NCBI GenBank assembly: GCA_021738565.1
Contig: JAIPBT010000012.1
Span: 36,843-100,842, forward strand
DNA: 64,000 nt
DNA from: Bacteroidales bacterium
Lineage (GTDB): Bacteria; Bacteroidota; Bacteroidia; Bacteroidales; GCA-2748055
Reading direction: 5' to 3'
A program made the translations under genes and the position numbers. Shown one piece after another: positions 62,090-64,000 of this stretch (position 1 is the first letter of the stretch; the number at the start of each line of letters is the position of its first letter). The notes under the pieces are model-generated. The model was not told the origin of the DNA and searched no databases. It saw nothing but the letters and a program-made list of their open reading frames with translations.

Positions 62090-63801
62090 TATCTGCCGTA
62101 TCTTTTGTTTCTGAATACATTGTAAACGGTTCCGAATACAACAATCAAGATAAACGGGAAGAATATGTTAATCACCATCCATTTCCCCCTGGCTGCCTTA
62201 TCCGATGTAATGGCTTTGTTGAGCAATCGTAACCTGAACTCCCTTGACCTGAGTTCCATCAGGCCCGTATCGTCGGTCATGTAGTTCACTGTATTCATGA
62301 TAAATTCCAGGTTGCCGAAGGTCTGATAGGTATATTTGTCGTATCCAAGGTCGTTCGCGACATAGCGCCCGCGCTGCAACGACACATCATTTCTGATCAG
62401 GTCACCATCGGCAGCTACAAGCATGCTGGTTTTCTTACTTTTATCCAGAATTTTTACCCCGGGAGGATAGACCCCATCAGGAACACTGTAATTTATATAG
62501 AATGATGTAAATGTCCCCTCGGAGAGTACTGCCACGGGCAAATGTTTTTCGACAAACAACCCTGGGTCCGGATCACGTGAAACCTCATCCATGGTAATCC
62601 TTAAAGGCACCTTCCTGGATCTGCTCCGTTCTGATGTAGACAATAAAACGGTGTGCTTCAACGGGTCTGATTTGTGCTCGAGTGTATCCAGACTTGAAGC
62701 GAATTTTGCCTGTATATAATTCAGTCCCCTGGTTATCGGGTGACCGGATGGTGCAGTAAGAAGCGGATTGTAGACCCAGGGCCTCATTTCCGTATCCTCC
62801 TGTTCTCCCTCCACGGAGATATTTACAGGAATAAAATTGCATTGCAGGTCATTAATGATGTTGTAATTGATCCTGATCCCGTATTTAAAAAGCAGGTCCT
62901 CAATATTCAGCTGGTTGACCAGGGAAATGGTCATTCCGCTTTCAAGACTGTCCGGGATTGTAAGTACCGGGTCAATAAACCAGAGCACCTTACCTCCATT
63001 CATAATATACTGGTCGATAGCAAATTTATCTGCCTCATTGAAGGGGCGCATTGGCTGGGCGATGATGATCGCCTCGTAATCCAGCAAGGCCTCCAGGTTG
63101 CCATTAATGAATCCCCTGTCGACCTGGAAATGATTTTTCAGCTCATTCATTAAACTGTGTGTCTGAATGGAATCGAGTTCTCCATGCCCCTCAATAAAAG
63201 CTATTTTTGGCACATCATCCGCAGTAAGACTGTGTATCGCCTTTGAAAACTCATACTCAAGCGTCTGTATAGAGTTGCTTAGGTTCACCTCATGCGGAAG
63301 GGCAGGATTGTTTTTTAAAAGGTTGACCGGAAATTCCAGTCCGCGGTAATTTACCATAGCCCCGGGGAATATGGTTTTGTCAACGGACCCCCCTTCTTTA
63401 TCCTTCATCTTGATGGTGGTAACTTTCAGTCCCTTCTGGTAAAGATTGTATATGGTCCTGTTCCTGGTCTCAGTGTTCTTTTCATCGTAAAGATTGATGA
63501 AATCGTACTGAACATTCTCTCCGGCATAGGCCCTGAATTCCTCAAGCATCTCCCCGATGGATTCCTGGAATTTTAAAAAATCAGGGGGGAGGTCACCCGC
63601 AAGATATACCCTGAAATATACCGGTGCATCCAATTGCTGTAAAATCTCTTTTGTAGATTCAGCAAGTGTGTAGCGCTTTTCCGAAGTAAGGTCCAGCCTG
63701 AAGAAATGGCCGGATGAAAATGCTGAGACTATGCCCAGTGTGATCAATAGCATCAGAAACTGCAATACACCTTGTTGTATGATCTTTATACGCTTCATCA
63801 A
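62089..63801 (-). CDS. gldG: Gliding motility ABC transporter auxiliary component GldG
   Basis: RLDLTSEKRYTL, YLAGDLP, FIEGHGE, IDQYIMNGG, ADGD, NTVNYMTDDTGL. Confidence 0.93.
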   Translation of the reverse strand: MMKRIKIIQQGVLQFLMLLITLGIVSAFSSGHFFRLDLTSEKRYTLAESTKEILQQLDAPVYFRVYLAGDLPPDFLKFQESIGEMLEEFRAYAGENVQYDFINLYDEKNTETRNRTIYNLYQKGLKVTTIKMKDKEGGSVDKTIFPGAMVNYRGLEFPVNLLKNNPALPHEVNLSNSIQTLEYEFSKAIHSLTADDVPKIAFIEGHGELDSIQTHSLMNELKNHFQVDRGFINGNLEALLDYEAIIIAQPMRPFNEADKFAIDQYIMNGGKVLWFIDPVLTIPDSLESGMTISLVNQLNIEDLLFKYGIRINYNIINDLQCNFIPVNISVEGEQEDTEMRPWVYNPLLTAPSGHPITRGLNYIQAKFASSLDTLEHKSDPLKHTVLLSTSERSRSRKVPLRITMDEVSRDPDPGLFVEKHLPVAVLSEGTFTSFYINYSVPDGVYPPGVKILDKSKKTSMLVAADGDLIRNDVSLQRGRYVANDLGYDKYTYQTFGNLEFIMNTVNYMTDDTGLMELRSREFRLRLLNKAITSDKAARGKWMVINIFFPFILIVVFGTVYNVFRNKRYGR

Positions 63802-64000
63802 CTACCAATTATTTCTCTTTAATACCAACCTGGTTGTCATAGTAAAAAGTACGATCACTCCAAGAAAATAGAGGAGATCCCTGGAATCAAGCACACCCCG
63901 GCTTATGGAGTTATAATGATGGTCGATTCCTATTCTTGAAATTAAAAAACTCATCTTTCCGGAGCCTGCCAGGCTGCCAAGCAGATCAAACCCCAGGTAC
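63802..64000 (-). CDS. gldF: GldF ABC permease, C-terminal part (truncated by window edge)
   Basis: Manual translation YLGFDLLGSLAGSGKMSFLISRIGIDHHYNSISRGVLDSRDLLYFLGVIVLFTMTTRLVLKRNNW*. Confidence 0.9.
   Translation of the reverse strand, partial: YLGFDLLGSLAGSGKMSFLISRIGIDHHYNSISRGVLDSRDLLYFLGVIVLFTMTTRLVLKRNNW

Overview
Chromosomal window from a Bacteroidota bacterium, probably Bacteroidales-like. Evidence: T9SS C-terminal sorting domains, gldF/gldG, TAnnTTTG -7 promoter boxes, and DUF5723, DUF3127 and GWxTD families. Positions 1-31.7 kb are rich in CAZymes and peptidases (GH105/88, T9SS-secreted GH10 and GH9, three GH2, GH109, an S9 peptidase, and a sugar-1-kinase/nucleotidyltransferase pair), with no SusC/SusD. 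Positions 39.9-64 kb are mostly housekeeping (mscS-like, asnC, rlmB, ABC-F, rlmD, alsT-like, thioredoxins, nfo, pyk, dnaQ-like, dnaN, gldG, gldF). The best candidate for an undescribed system is at 34.1-39.8 kb. An unannotated 47-aa double-glycine-leader peptide gene (36014-36157, -) is divergent from a membrane-anchored TPR-CHAT (caspase-like) protease. They are flanked by an ECF sigma factor, a TM-TPR anti-sigma-like protein and a degenerate histidine kinase. The TPR half of the protease gene is abruptly AT-rich, and the predicted 5' UTR of the peptide operon is complementary to its own 3' end. I infer a peptide-pheromone / CHAT-protease / ECF-sigma signalling circuit with a swappable specificity cassette. 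Several MITE/REP-like repeat families are present; one supplies the stop codons of neighbouring genes. No CRISPR, rRNA, tRNA or transposase was seen. All product calls come from motif recognition, not database searches.
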